Shown in pieces: positions 9,976 through 18,049 of a stretch of DNA of 64,000 nt (position 1 is the stretch's first letter; each line of letters starts with the position of its first letter). The stretch lies in sequence record PZ379074.1; one strand, written 5' to 3'. The notes under the pieces are model-generated. The model was not told the origin of the DNA. It was given only the letters and a program-made list of their open reading frames with translations, and did not search any database. The position numbers and the translations under genes are program-made. The stretch comes from a phage.

Positions 9976-10190
9976 ATGCCGCGCTGGGTAAGTTGTCTTT
10001 CAATAAACGCAACGAGCTGCGCATGGTATCGCGCTTTCAACAAACGCATTTATCACTAATCAAGATTGCAAACAAGGCCTACTCTCTAAATTGTCCTGAA
10101 GAAGAATGGAAAGAATTGAATGAGCGTCGTAAACAATTACAAAAGGCTGCATTCAAGCTGCAGCAATATGCCATGGAGTATGCAAAATGA
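9972..10190 (+). CDS. Hypothetical protein
   Basis: ATG at 9972 after GAGGTG (track ORF begins at 9954). Confidence 0.45.
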   Translation: MNAALGKLSFNKRNELRMVSRFQQTHLSLIKIANKAYSLNCPEEEWKELNERRKQLQKAAFKLQQYAMEYAK

Positions 10191-10570
10191 GAATGAAGCG
10201 TTGCCCTTACTGCCACGATGTAATGCACCTTCCACACGAAGAGTTTGTGCAGCACATGACTAACTGTGATAAGAATCCTAATAGCGAAAGCCAACTTGAA
10301 GAAAGAATGTTCTTGGTGTCATTCAAAGCTTCTGCTTATGAAGTGCAACATTCTTACGGCGCACCAAGTACGATTTACTGTCCAACAACATTGAGAAGCG
10401 ACATCGACTCAATTCAGCTTGCGGCCTGGATTAACGTTAAGGAAGGAATCACGCCGCACTTTATTGCGCGCATCCAATCTCAGATTCTACAAATCAAGCG
10501 CGAATACAACCGTGACATAACTGAAGTGAAGGTGCTGTCTATCACTCCTATGAATAAGGAGTTGCCGTGA
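10187..10570 (+). CDS. Hypothetical protein with CxxC/His motif
   Basis: 127-aa ORF; CPYCHD ... HMTNC. Confidence 0.5.
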   Translation: MRMKRCPYCHDVMHLPHEEFVQHMTNCDKNPNSESQLEERMFLVSFKASAYEVQHSYGAPSTIYCPTTLRSDIDSIQLAAWINVKEGITPHFIARIQSQILQIKREYNRDITEVKVLSITPMNKELP

Positions 10571-10827
10571 ACAAGGGTCCGATGACTAAGTTGGCCGTTG
10601 CCGCGCGGAAGCTTCGACAAGCCGTTAATGGGTCGCGGCCCGTGGTGTTAACACTCGACGACGCAAAGGCACTGGTAGAGCTACTCGACGAGCACAACCG
10701 ACGCAAGAATCTGGAGAACACATTACGCTGGCGCGTTACTCCGAAAGGGCGGGAGAGCGAAAAGAAAGCTTACTTGCGGCGTAAACTAAGGTCGGTCGGC
10801 CTTCACGAAGAGGCGAAGAATATTTAA
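10567..10827 (+). CDS. Hypothetical basic protein
   Basis: 86-aa ORF, GTG start overlapping upstream stop; ATG at 10582 is an alternative. Confidence 0.45.
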   Translation: MNKGPMTKLAVAARKLRQAVNGSRPVVLTLDDAKALVELLDEHNRRKNLENTLRWRVTPKGRESEKKAYLRRKLRSVGLHEEAKNI

Positions 10828-10828
10828 T

Positions 10829-10904
10829 TCAAAAAGGTGAGCTATATGCTTGCCTTTTTATTTGCCTGTATTATACTTAGTTCATCAAGCAAAGGAGATT
10901 TGAT
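10829..10904 (+). repeat. Intergenic cassette copy 2 (terminator-like hairpin plus -10-like element)
   Basis: AAAAAGGTGAGCTATATGCTTGCCTTTTTATTTGCC...TTCATCAAG; paralog of 9577-9656. Confidence 0.5.
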
Positions 10905-10905
10905 T

Positions 10906-11202
10906 ATGAGTTACGACGAAAGGTTTGGCAGAAGTGGATTGTTCCACGACGCTGTACACAAAGACAGCAAAGATGTTGTCTGCGCATTCAAGGTTGATTC
11001 TTACGGTACGCTGAAACCTTTTAAGGTCGGCGAAACATACAAGCTGTTTCACGGCTGGTTGACGCGTCGCAACAACTTGCCTGATATGGAAGTCTGGTGG
11101 ATAGAATATAAGGGCCAGGCCCATCGCTGCAAGGTTGTAGAGGTGCGCGGCGTCAAATACTATCAATCGATTATCAGCGGTTTTGTGTTTAAGGGGATTT
11201 AA
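10906..11202 (+). CDS. Hypothetical protein
   Basis: ATG at 10906 with AAGGAG 7 nt upstream; track start 10837 would lie inside the hairpin. Confidence 0.55.
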   Translation: MSYDERFGRSGLFHDAVHKDSKDVVCAFKVDSYGTLKPFKVGETYKLFHGWLTRRNNLPDMEVWWIEYKGQAHRCKVVEVRGVKYYQSIISGFVFKGI

Positions 11203-11204
11203 TT

Positions 11205-11510
11205 ATGAGTACCGAAGCGATGAAGAAAAAGATTTTGAACGCTTTGCAAGAAGCTGTGAACTGTGGTGCCATTAAAACCTTTACTGAAAGGCAAGTCGGT
11301 GAGGTGACGGTGCACGGATTCAATAATAACAAAAACGGAATTGCTGCCATAATGCTGTTGAAGAACAGCGATGACACATTCATCCTTTACGTCGGCGGAT
11401 ATGAGCTTATCGTTGATGATTTGTTCATCACTTGCGCTGACGGCCTTAACCCAATGTTAACGTTCGAGCGGCGCGGCATCCGTGTTGCAACGTTTGGAGG
11501 GAAGCTATGA
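11205..11510 (+). CDS. Hypothetical protein (paralog family, GAIK motif)
   Basis: 101-aa ORF; N-terminal AVNCGAIKTF resembles 12017 ORF. Confidence 0.5.
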   Translation: MSTEAMKKKILNALQEAVNCGAIKTFTERQVGEVTVHGFNNNKNGIAAIMLLKNSDDTFILYVGGYELIVDDLFITCADGLNPMLTFERRGIRVATFGGKL

Positions 11511-11800
11511 GACTAAGTCTAGCGCAAATTCAAACATTGTACCGGATGGAAGACGGAACGCCATACATGCTGCGCGGCGACCGCAAGAAGGCTTATGAAA
11601 AGCGGCCATCACTGTTTCACGACATCAATGCGCCATCAATCCCTGTCTTATTCCGGTTGGGCCTTGTTGATTGGGCGGTGCCAGGGGAGAAAGACCCGAC
11701 GCGCTATTCATCCGTGGTGATGACAAAAGCAGGTCGCGCGGCATTAAAAGAGATTAAAGAAAATATGGCTGGAGGTAAATATTATGACATCCAATCTTAA
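11507..11800 (+). CDS. Hypothetical protein
   Basis: 97-aa ORF, ATGA overlap. Confidence 0.5.
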   Translation: MRLSLAQIQTLYRMEDGTPYMLRGDRKKAYEKRPSLFHDINAPSIPVLFRLGLVDWAVPGEKDPTRYSSVVMTKAGRAALKEIKENMAGGKYYDIQS

Positions 11801-12020
11801 AGCCCGTTTATTATTCATCAAGCCGCATGTGCCGTATAAGATTAGTAAGCGCACCTGGCTTAACATCTACAACCGCAGCGGCGACCGTTGTTTGTACAAG
11901 GCAAAGCGGCGCAAGAAGGTATATTTAAAGGCGGTGATGTCGCAACCCGTCGATGCATTCAACATCGGCGAAAATGAATTGTCAATCGGCTATCAAATTG
12001 AACTCGGAGCAAAGAAATGA
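11784..12020 (+). CDS. Hypothetical basic protein
   Basis: 78-aa ORF, RBS GGAGGT. Confidence 0.5.
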   Translation: MTSNLKARLLFIKPHVPYKISKRTWLNIYNRSGDRCLYKAKRRKKVYLKAVMSQPVDAFNIGENELSIGYQIELGAKK

Positions 12021-12526
12021 AAATCGAACAACTCGAAGCAGTATTGGAAATGGCTGTAAAGGCAGGCGCAATCAAAAGCTATCGTCGCGAGAAGTCAGAT
12101 AGCGATAAGGTGTTTTGTCGCAACTTCTATATCGTTGGCAACCTTAATGACCACTACACCATAGAGTGGTATATCAATATCATGACCCTTAAGTCGCGCA
12201 CCATGGAGCTTTGGTGTGATGACATTTGTCTTTCTCATAGTCATCCGTGCTATGACGTTGCGCTTGGATTCTTTTATAAAAGCAACCAACCAATCGCACA
12301 CATCGGTGAGAGGCATGAGCACTTGAAGGAGAAGCCAATGGCGAGTGACGGCTGGATTGATTGGGATGGTGGAGACTTGAATCCAGTCCCAGGTAAGAAG
12401 GTGCTTTACGTGCTGCGCGACGGCGCTACAGCAACAAAGCCGATTGCATCAGATGAATTGCGCTGGGAGAAGATTGACGATGCTTATGCAGCCGACATCA
12501 TCGCTTATCGGGTCGTGGAGGAATAA
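12017..12526 (+). CDS. Hypothetical protein (paralog family; shared C-terminal domain)
   Basis: 169-aa ORF; C-terminal NPVPGK...IIAYRVV domain shared with 13411 ORF. Confidence 0.55.
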   Translation: MKIEQLEAVLEMAVKAGAIKSYRREKSDSDKVFCRNFYIVGNLNDHYTIEWYINIMTLKSRTMELWCDDICLSHSHPCYDVALGFFYKSNQPIAHIGERHEHLKEKPMASDGWIDWDGGDLNPVPGKKVLYVLRDGATATKPIASDELRWEKIDDAYAADIIAYRVVEE

Positions 12527-12867
12527 TGGAAGAGCAAGAAGGCCGTGAGCTAACGTTCGACGAGCAAATGCAAGAGCTTCAGCGCACATCGCCGCTGCGC
12601 GGTAAGGTTGTTGACATCGAAGCGAGCGAATCCAACCTCACCCAGTGGCGGCTTAAGTGCACCAGCACAAGCAAGGATATGTTAAGCTTCAAAGTCGGTC
12701 AGACTTATTTGCTTTATGAGGCAAAAGGACTTATTATTGATGGAAAGCAAATTGTCTTTACTTTTGTCAACGGCATGAGATGGTTTGTGAAGCGTGATGT
12801 CGAGGGCCGTGACATGTTTGTCGCAGGCTTTCCAGAAACAAGATTCCAATTGGAGAAGGTTAAATGA
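12526..12867 (+). CDS. Hypothetical protein
   Basis: 113-aa ORF, RBS GGAGG. Confidence 0.55.
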   Translation: MEEQEGRELTFDEQMQELQRTSPLRGKVVDIEASESNLTQWRLKCTSTSKDMLSFKVGQTYLLYEAKGLIIDGKQIVFTFVNGMRWFVKRDVEGRDMFVAGFPETRFQLEKVK

Positions 12868-13196
12868 AATTGAAATGGTACGTGGACCCTGAGCCGACAG
12901 GCCAATACAGGTCATTCCAACGTCGCGGCTGGCCGACTTGTTACAGCGGCAATCCCGATAAAGAAGATTGCGAGCTTCTTGCCGCGATAGTAAGTCTTAA
13001 CCATGACGGCTATGAAGGCCACTACGCGAGAGCAACCAACCTTCGGCTCAAGGTGCGCATCCATTTCAAGGTCGCAGGCGAGGACCGCACCGGACTCTCC
13101 AAGGAAGAGTTCAGCAGCATCGCTGAAGCAAAGGCATGGCTAAAAGCATTCTACAAGGCAAATCCTAAATTTTATCCAACTAAGGATGCATCATGA
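12864..13196 (+). CDS. Hypothetical protein
   Basis: 110-aa ORF, ATGA overlap. Confidence 0.55.
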   Translation: MKLKWYVDPEPTGQYRSFQRRGWPTCYSGNPDKEDCELLAAIVSLNHDGYEGHYARATNLRLKVRIHFKVAGEDRTGLSKEEFSSIAEAKAWLKAFYKANPKFYPTKDAS

Positions 13197-13414
13197 CCGA
13201 TAAACAATACGCAGTCGGGCAACGTGACATCGAACAACTCGACGAGGGCGGCTATTATACGCGCCACATCTATGCCATGACTCATGAAGGACTTTACAGC
13301 AAGTCGGACATCGCCGCTGAATTGGCCCATCGTGACTTGCAGATTGACATGTTGCGTCTCGCGCTTGAGAAGCAAACGCAGATTGCCATTGAAATTTTGG
13401 AGAAGTTAGAATGA
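13193..13414 (+). CDS. Hypothetical protein
   Basis: 73-aa ORF, ATGA overlap. Confidence 0.5.
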   Translation: MTDKQYAVGQRDIEQLDEGGYYTRHIYAMTHEGLYSKSDIAAELAHRDLQIDMLRLALEKQTQIAIEILEKLE

Positions 13415-13830
13415 TACAACGTTACGATGTTGATTATTGCACGCAGCACGCTTGCACTTGCGAAGTTGTAAAGGATAATGAAGGCGGCTACGTTGAATAT
13501 GAGGACTATGCCGCGCTGGAAGCGAAATATAATGAAGCGCAACGCGAGTTGGCTGCATTACGCTCACAGGTCCGTGATGCATCGGCGCTCGTTAAGCAGT
13601 TGCACGACGTTGTTGCTACTATAGGCGTGGATGATGATGCGCCGAAGGAGGAAGCGTGGACCGTGTGGTTTGGTGGCGCGAATCCGGTGCCTGGGAAGAT
13701 GGTTGAGTTTGAATTACTCAACGGTTATAAATCAAAAGAAGCCGTGCCAGCAGACAACTTGAACTGGGGCGAGGTAACAAGTCCGACTGGGGCAAAGATT
13801 ATTGCTTATCGGGTCGTTAAGGAGGGGTGA
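13411..13830 (+). CDS. Hypothetical protein (paralog of the 12017 ORF C-terminal domain)
   Basis: 139-aa ORF; WTVWFGGANPVPGK ... IIAYRVV. Confidence 0.55.
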   Translation: MIQRYDVDYCTQHACTCEVVKDNEGGYVEYEDYAALEAKYNEAQRELAALRSQVRDASALVKQLHDVVATIGVDDDAPKEEAWTVWFGGANPVPGKMVEFELLNGYKSKEAVPADNLNWGEVTSPTGAKIIAYRVVKEG

Positions 13831-14363
13831 TGGGCGGCTTTTGGCGTAAAGCTAAATACTCTAAAGACTTGCATTACTTCTTGGATAATGAAGGCATAAG
13901 TATATGTGGCAGGTACAGAAGGGATAATGAATCAGCGTCGCAAAGTAATAAGGCTGAATGGTTACTCAAGGAAGAGTGCAAAGTTTGCCGCAAACGTTTT
14001 TGTGACAAAACCAGCATGACTGATTACATAAAGGAGCTTAGAAAAAGATGCAAAAGCCCGCAAGAGTTTGCCATAACTCTTTGGGATGATCACCCTGAGT
14101 TGAGAAGTGAATGGTTAAAGACTGATGCAATCAATTACATCTTCAAATCGAAATACAGGACGACAGCAAGATATAAAATGGATGAAGCAGTAATTCAAAA
14201 GGTATTTTCTTATTGGAGGGATACAGTCGATATTGTGAAAATAAAGAAATACCAAAACGAAGTGCTGCTGGAATTGGAGAGGATTGGCTATAAAGTCACC
14301 AATAAAATGATAAAAGAAGAAATAAAAAGGAGAACGGAAAAGGGGTTGATGCCTAAGATATAG
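13827..14363 (+). CDS. Hypothetical Cys-rich basic protein
   Basis: 178-aa ORF, RBS AAGGAGG; CGRY ... CKVCRKRFC. Confidence 0.55.
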   Translation: MMGGFWRKAKYSKDLHYFLDNEGISICGRYRRDNESASQSNKAEWLLKEECKVCRKRFCDKTSMTDYIKELRKRCKSPQEFAITLWDDHPELRSEWLKTDAINYIFKSKYRTTARYKMDEAVIQKVFSYWRDTVDIVKIKKYQNEVLLELERIGYKVTNKMIKEEIKRRTEKGLMPKI

Positions 14364-14599
14364 TGAATAAACGAACACCGTTTACGTGTTTTGAAGAATG
14401 GAATGTGTACAATGGGTCGCTTTATGCGGCCTTTTGTTGTTTGGGTCGTGTTTTGCGATGGAATAATTATGAGGTTGTGTTTTATTTATTAATTGTGCGG
14501 AAATATTTAGAAATATATTTCATAGGTCGTGTCTATTGGTCCGTGGTGTTTGTTAGGACTTATCTATGGATTGAAATTTTAGTGTCGTGAAACGTGGTG

Positions 14600-15060
14600 T
14601 TTGAACACATTTGATACGCGTAAAATACGGCTAAAAATTAAGCGTATCATGGCTGCAGGCCGCGCCGTTACTGAGTTCCTATTTTCAAAAGTGGTACACC
14701 CTTACGGATGATACGTCATGGTTTTTTATCCGTATCAGTGTACAGCCCTTGCCGCGCCTGGCCTGTACATTAATCTTACGGATGATACGGATAAAACTGG
14801 GCACCATTATATATATAATTTGAAAAATTAATTAACTCCATTTTAAAAACATTTAAATTATTTTTTTCATATCCTCATACTTATGTTAATTTATATATTT
14901 AACGTATCATCCGTAAGATATAAGTAAAAACAAAGACTTGCGGCAATACGGATGATACGTTATGATACGCTTCGACCAGCCAGCAGCGGCTAAGTCATTG
15001 ATTTGCATAACAAGCAGCGAAAGGGATGGATTTCTTTTATCCGTATCAAACAGTACACCA
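14600..15060. repeat. Iteron-like locus A: inverted and direct copies of CGGATGATACG around an AT-rich core
   Basis: CTTACGGATGATACG at 14701 and 14775; TTATCCGTATCA at 14727 and 15037; inverse copy at 14902; ACGGATGATACGTTATGATACG at 14948; AT-rich core 14808-14900; TACGCGTA at 14614. Confidence 0.6.
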
Positions 15061-15198
15061 CGCACCACGGTCCGTTATCCATTCAGCACTATGATTTGTG
15101 TACGTTTATAGCCATAATGAACATCAATCTGCACTTGAATATAATGTCCATCCATTGTATAATTCACACTATTAATTTGCACTATGGGATTTTGCACT

Positions 15199-15672
15199 AT
15201 GAGTCAAGATTATGTAGCGATGCCTGAAGACTTTGAAGACCCGCGATTTGCAGAGCACAATCAGGCTTTATTCGATGAGTTCATTGACCTTGTTATTCAG
15301 GGCCATGACATGCGCGCAGCTTTTGCACTAGTATTTGGAATGGAAGTTGCAACGGATAACTACACTGGCCAGCGAATCCTTTGCGCGCAACGCAATCCAT
15401 ACTACAAGATGCGCTTCAAAAAGCGTATGGAAGAGATGCCACTCAAGGATTTGTGGAGCGTAAAAGGTGCAATTCACAATTTGGTCAAGCTTGTGCGTGA
15501 TCCAGAAGTCGCGGCGTCAGCCAAACTTAATGCTATTCGTGAACTGAATATCATCTACGGCATCACGATGATTGATGAAAACGGCAATAGTAAAATGGGC
15601 CGTTCCATGGACGATTTCTACAAGGATTTTGGAGAGGCGGCCAAAGAAGGTGAGCAATTCTCCCGCCACTAG
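15199..15672 (+). CDS. Hypothetical protein (157 aa); ATG embedded in an 11-mer copy
   Basis: ORF MSQDYVAMPEDFEDPRF...; no obvious SD; start codon is the ATG of TTTGCACTATG. Confidence 0.45.
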   Translation: MSQDYVAMPEDFEDPRFAEHNQALFDEFIDLVIQGHDMRAAFALVFGMEVATDNYTGQRILCAQRNPYYKMRFKKRMEEMPLKDLWSVKGAIHNLVKLVRDPEVAASAKLNAIRELNIIYGITMIDENGNSKMGRSMDDFYKDFGEAAKEGEQFSRH

Positions 15673-15691
15673 CCAATTTGCACTATAAAAC

Positions 15692-15725
15692 GGCCCTAGA
15701 ACACATTTTCTCCACTTCTAGGGCC
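15692..15725. other. Perfect 10-bp inverted repeat (GGCCCTAGAA / TTCTAGGGCC) with 14-nt loop
   Basis: Read directly; immediately after the 15199..15672 stop and an 11-mer copy; no clear U-tract on plus strand. Confidence 0.4.
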
Positions 15726-16100
15726 ATCGGTAATACGACGGGGAAGGTTACAACCATAAACGCGTTATAAAGTGTATTATTATAAGTCATCTTTTAGTCA
15801 CTTTCCGTAACAATTTACGACCTTCAACCGTCCAATCGAACGACTCCACCAGCAGATTTGCACTATAACCTAAGACTACCCGACCTTTCTCGTTATCGAC
15901 CCGCCAGCAAGTCTCGAATAGCATCTTATTTGCACTATTAACTATCGCCGCAACTCGCGTAGGATAAGCGCAATTTGCACTATGGTCATAAAGGGATAAG
16001 GTGCGACCACTTCCGATGGACAACGTAGCGATGAGAATGAGCGTATTCATAAGCCACCAATTTGCACTATGAAAAGCGACCCCGAAGGGCCGCCATTCTA

Positions 16101-16727
16101 TTAGATAATCTGGAAGGTGTAGGACTTGTTGCCGAACTCAAAGTTCAAGCGCCCAGCTTCCTTAAGCTTCATGCGGAAGCGAATGTGTTTGCTATCCGGC
16201 AAGCCCAGCGCGGCGAACGCTACGCGGACCGATTTGAACTCGCCTACACCCTCGACCATGACACCGTTACGGGTGAGACGCTTTTGCGCCACTTCCTTAT
16301 TATCCCAGCTTTTTGCAATACCTTCGCTATTCGAACGGCGATGGGAAGGAGTTCCATTTTGCACTACGCAATTTGCACTATCGTTTAAACCGCTCTTAAC
16401 GAAGGCTTCATATTCTTCGTCGGTCATCGCGTCGAGTTCTTCCTGGGTCGGCTCAGCCTTTTTAACGACCGCACGCGCCTTATGCGTTTTTACATCGCTG
16501 GACACTTCCTCGCGCGGCTTCGCGTCGGGAATGGGCGATTCGTTGGACGGCTCATCGAGCGCGTTTAAGGACTCGATTAACGCGATTACGCGAGTCTCGG
16601 CGGTCCGGCGGTCCGCGAATTTCTTAATCGGCTTCGAACCGGAATTTGCATTATAAAATGCAACGAGGTCGGCGGTCTTAGTTGCGATAACGTCGCCGCT
16701 AGTAGAAAAGCGATTTAAGCTAACCAT
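16101..16727 (-). CDS. Hypothetical protein; 5-prime half CpG-rich, 3-prime half of ordinary composition
   Basis: 208-aa ORF with minus-strand RBS AGGAG in context CTAGGAGTTTATTATG; contains two 11-mer copies at the composition change. Confidence 0.55.
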   Translation of the reverse strand: MVSLNRFSTSGDVIATKTADLVAFYNANSGSKPIKKFADRRTAETRVIALIESLNALDEPSNESPIPDAKPREEVSSDVKTHKARAVVKKAEPTQEELDAMTDEEYEAFVKSGLNDSANCVVQNGTPSHRRSNSEGIAKSWDNKEVAQKRLTRNGVMVEGVGEFKSVRVAFAALGLPDSKHIRFRMKLKEAGRLNFEFGNKSYTFQII

Positions 16728-16807
16728 AATAAACTCCTATTTGTTAGGGCGCTAGGCGCGAAAGAATTTTATTAAAGCGCCGCGCACGACGCTCTAAAAA
16801 TCCTCTC

Positions 16808-17122
16808 TTACTCTTCGTCGTCTTCGATTAATTCGAGGGCGAAGGCGTAAGCTTTGCTATCGTAATTAACTAAAACGGCGAGTTCGAACTCGTTAATAAA
16901 CGCCGTTTTACCGCATAAATTTAATTCCGCATCGACTTCGAAGAATCCGTTTTCGTCGCGCTCTAAGCGAGAAGCAGCGAGTTGCTCGATTACCGTCGCG
17001 TCGTTAATTTCTTCGCCTAAGCGAACGCCGGAGAATTTAGCGAGAATTTCGCCGTAAGTAAGCGTAACGCCCTGGACTTCGGCGGTTGCGTTTTCGAGGG
17101 TAAAGCGGGTAACGATAGCCAT
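16808..17122 (-). CDS. Small acidic hypothetical protein (104 aa, C-terminus ELIEDDEE)
   Basis: RBS context CTAGGAGTTTATTATG; CpG-rich codon usage. Confidence 0.55.
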   Translation of the reverse strand: MAIVTRFTLENATAEVQGVTLTYGEILAKFSGVRLGEEINDATVIEQLAASRLERDENGFFEVDAELNLCGKTAFINEFELAVLVNYDSKAYAFALELIEDDEE

Positions 17123-17346
17123 AATAAACTCCTAGTTGGGAGAGGCGTTAACGACCTATTCGTTAACTCATCCCGTCCCGATATGAGTACATTATAATAT
17201 AGTGTAGAAAAAAGTAAAGCACTTTTTCGATAAAAATGCGATAAATTATTTTATCTTTTTTCTTTACTTCTTCGTACACTCGCGTATACTTGTTTATATC
17301 GAGACGGGCGATGTCCCTTTCTTCTACTAGCATCGGGAGCTTTATT
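17123..17346. promoter_or_regulatory. Divergent intergenic control region with repeated TTTATATCGAGA(C/G)GGG elements and TATAAT-like hexamer
   Basis: CTTTACTTCTTCGTACACT plus TTTATATCGAGA repeated at 17255-17300 and 17660-17700; inverted copies of AAAGTAAAGCACTTTTTCG at 17212 and 17648. Confidence 0.4.
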
Positions 17347-17649
17347 ATGACTACTTTAATCTCTTCCATCCTTACTTACGACGAAGACCGCTTAACCGTT
17401 CGCTCTCTTATCGCCGCCGTTAACGCGGAACTAGAATCTAGCGCCATTAAGGTCCGCGCGGTCGCCTTCATCGGCCTTTCCTTCGACGATATGAAGTATG
17501 CCGAACGTAGCGCTATCCGCTTCGCGAAGACCGACGACGAAGCCGTTACCCTTATCGAGACGGTTACGCCGCGCGACGAAGCGTTAATTATCGTCGAGTA
17601 TATCGACGTAGAAGGCGATAAGGCTTATAAATATTTTATCGCAGAATAA
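17347..17649 (+). CDS. Small acidic hypothetical protein (100 aa)
   Basis: ATG at 17347 after GGGAGCTTTATT; CpG-rich. Confidence 0.55.
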   Translation: MTTLISSILTYDEDRLTVRSLIAAVNAELESSAIKVRAVAFIGLSFDDMKYAERSAIRFAKTDDEAVTLIETVTPRDEALIIVEYIDVEGDKAYKYFIAE

Positions 17650-17756
17650 CGAAAAAGTGCTTTACTTCTTCGTACACTAAGACTATAATGTTTTATATCG
17701 AGAGGGGATGAGGTAGCGAATAGGTCGCTACCCTCCCGACCAACTAGGAGATTATT

Positions 17757-18047
17757 ATGATTACTTTAGCCGCTATCCGTAACGCTCGCGCCGAAACTTC
17801 CGAAAACTCTAACGTATTTGGCGAAAAACTTAAAAACGTTTATCTCTTTAACGTAGATGCGACTATCGAGGAGCTTCATAGTCCTATCGATTTTAGCGAA
17901 TTTACGGAACTCGAAGAGGAAGATATTTCTACTTTCCGCGTTACTATCGAAGGCAAGGTTTATTTTGCTACGGAGTTCGGCGGCGAATATCTCGCGGTAT
18001 CCGAAGGCGAAGGCCGTTACTCTTTCTTTAAAATCGTCTCCTTATAA
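17757..18047 (+). CDS. Small acidic hypothetical protein (96 aa)
   Basis: RBS context CTAGGAGATTATTATG preceded by hairpin GTAGCGAATAGGTCGCTAC. Confidence 0.55.
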   Translation: MITLAAIRNARAETSENSNVFGEKLKNVYLFNVDATIEELHSPIDFSEFTELEEEDISTFRVTIEGKVYFATEFGGEYLAVSEGEGRYSFFKIVSL

Positions 18048-18049
18048 TA

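Larger units (their letters stand above)
15175..16654 (+). repeat. Dispersed same-orientation array of the 11-mer ATTTGCACTAT (at least 10 copies)
   Basis: Copies starting at 15175, 15189, 15676, 15856, 15928, 15973, 16060, 16355 (CTAC variant), 16371, 16644 (GCATTAT variant); irregular spacing. Confidence 0.6.

Noticed and set aside
14363-14590. 75-aa ORF 14363..14590
   Set aside because: Falls in G/T-rich direct-repeat DNA; implausible Cys/Trp/Phe-rich composition; likely noncoding.
15787-16050. Minus-strand ORF 15787..16050 (87 aa)
   Set aside because: No convincing RBS; spans a motif-dense intergenic region; kept only as a possibility.
15175-16654. CRISPR array interpretation of the ATTTGCACTAT copies
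   Set aside because: Unit is only 11 bp, spacing is highly irregular (14 to about 480 bp), copies fall inside coding sequence, and no cas genes are present.
16126-16656. Plus-strand ORF 16126..16656 (176 aa)
   Set aside because: Fully antisense to minus-strand gene 16101..16727, which has a strong AGGAG RBS.
17163-17369. Minus-strand ORF 17163..17369
   Set aside because: Spans the divergent promoter region and overlaps the start of 17347..17649; AT-rich artefact.
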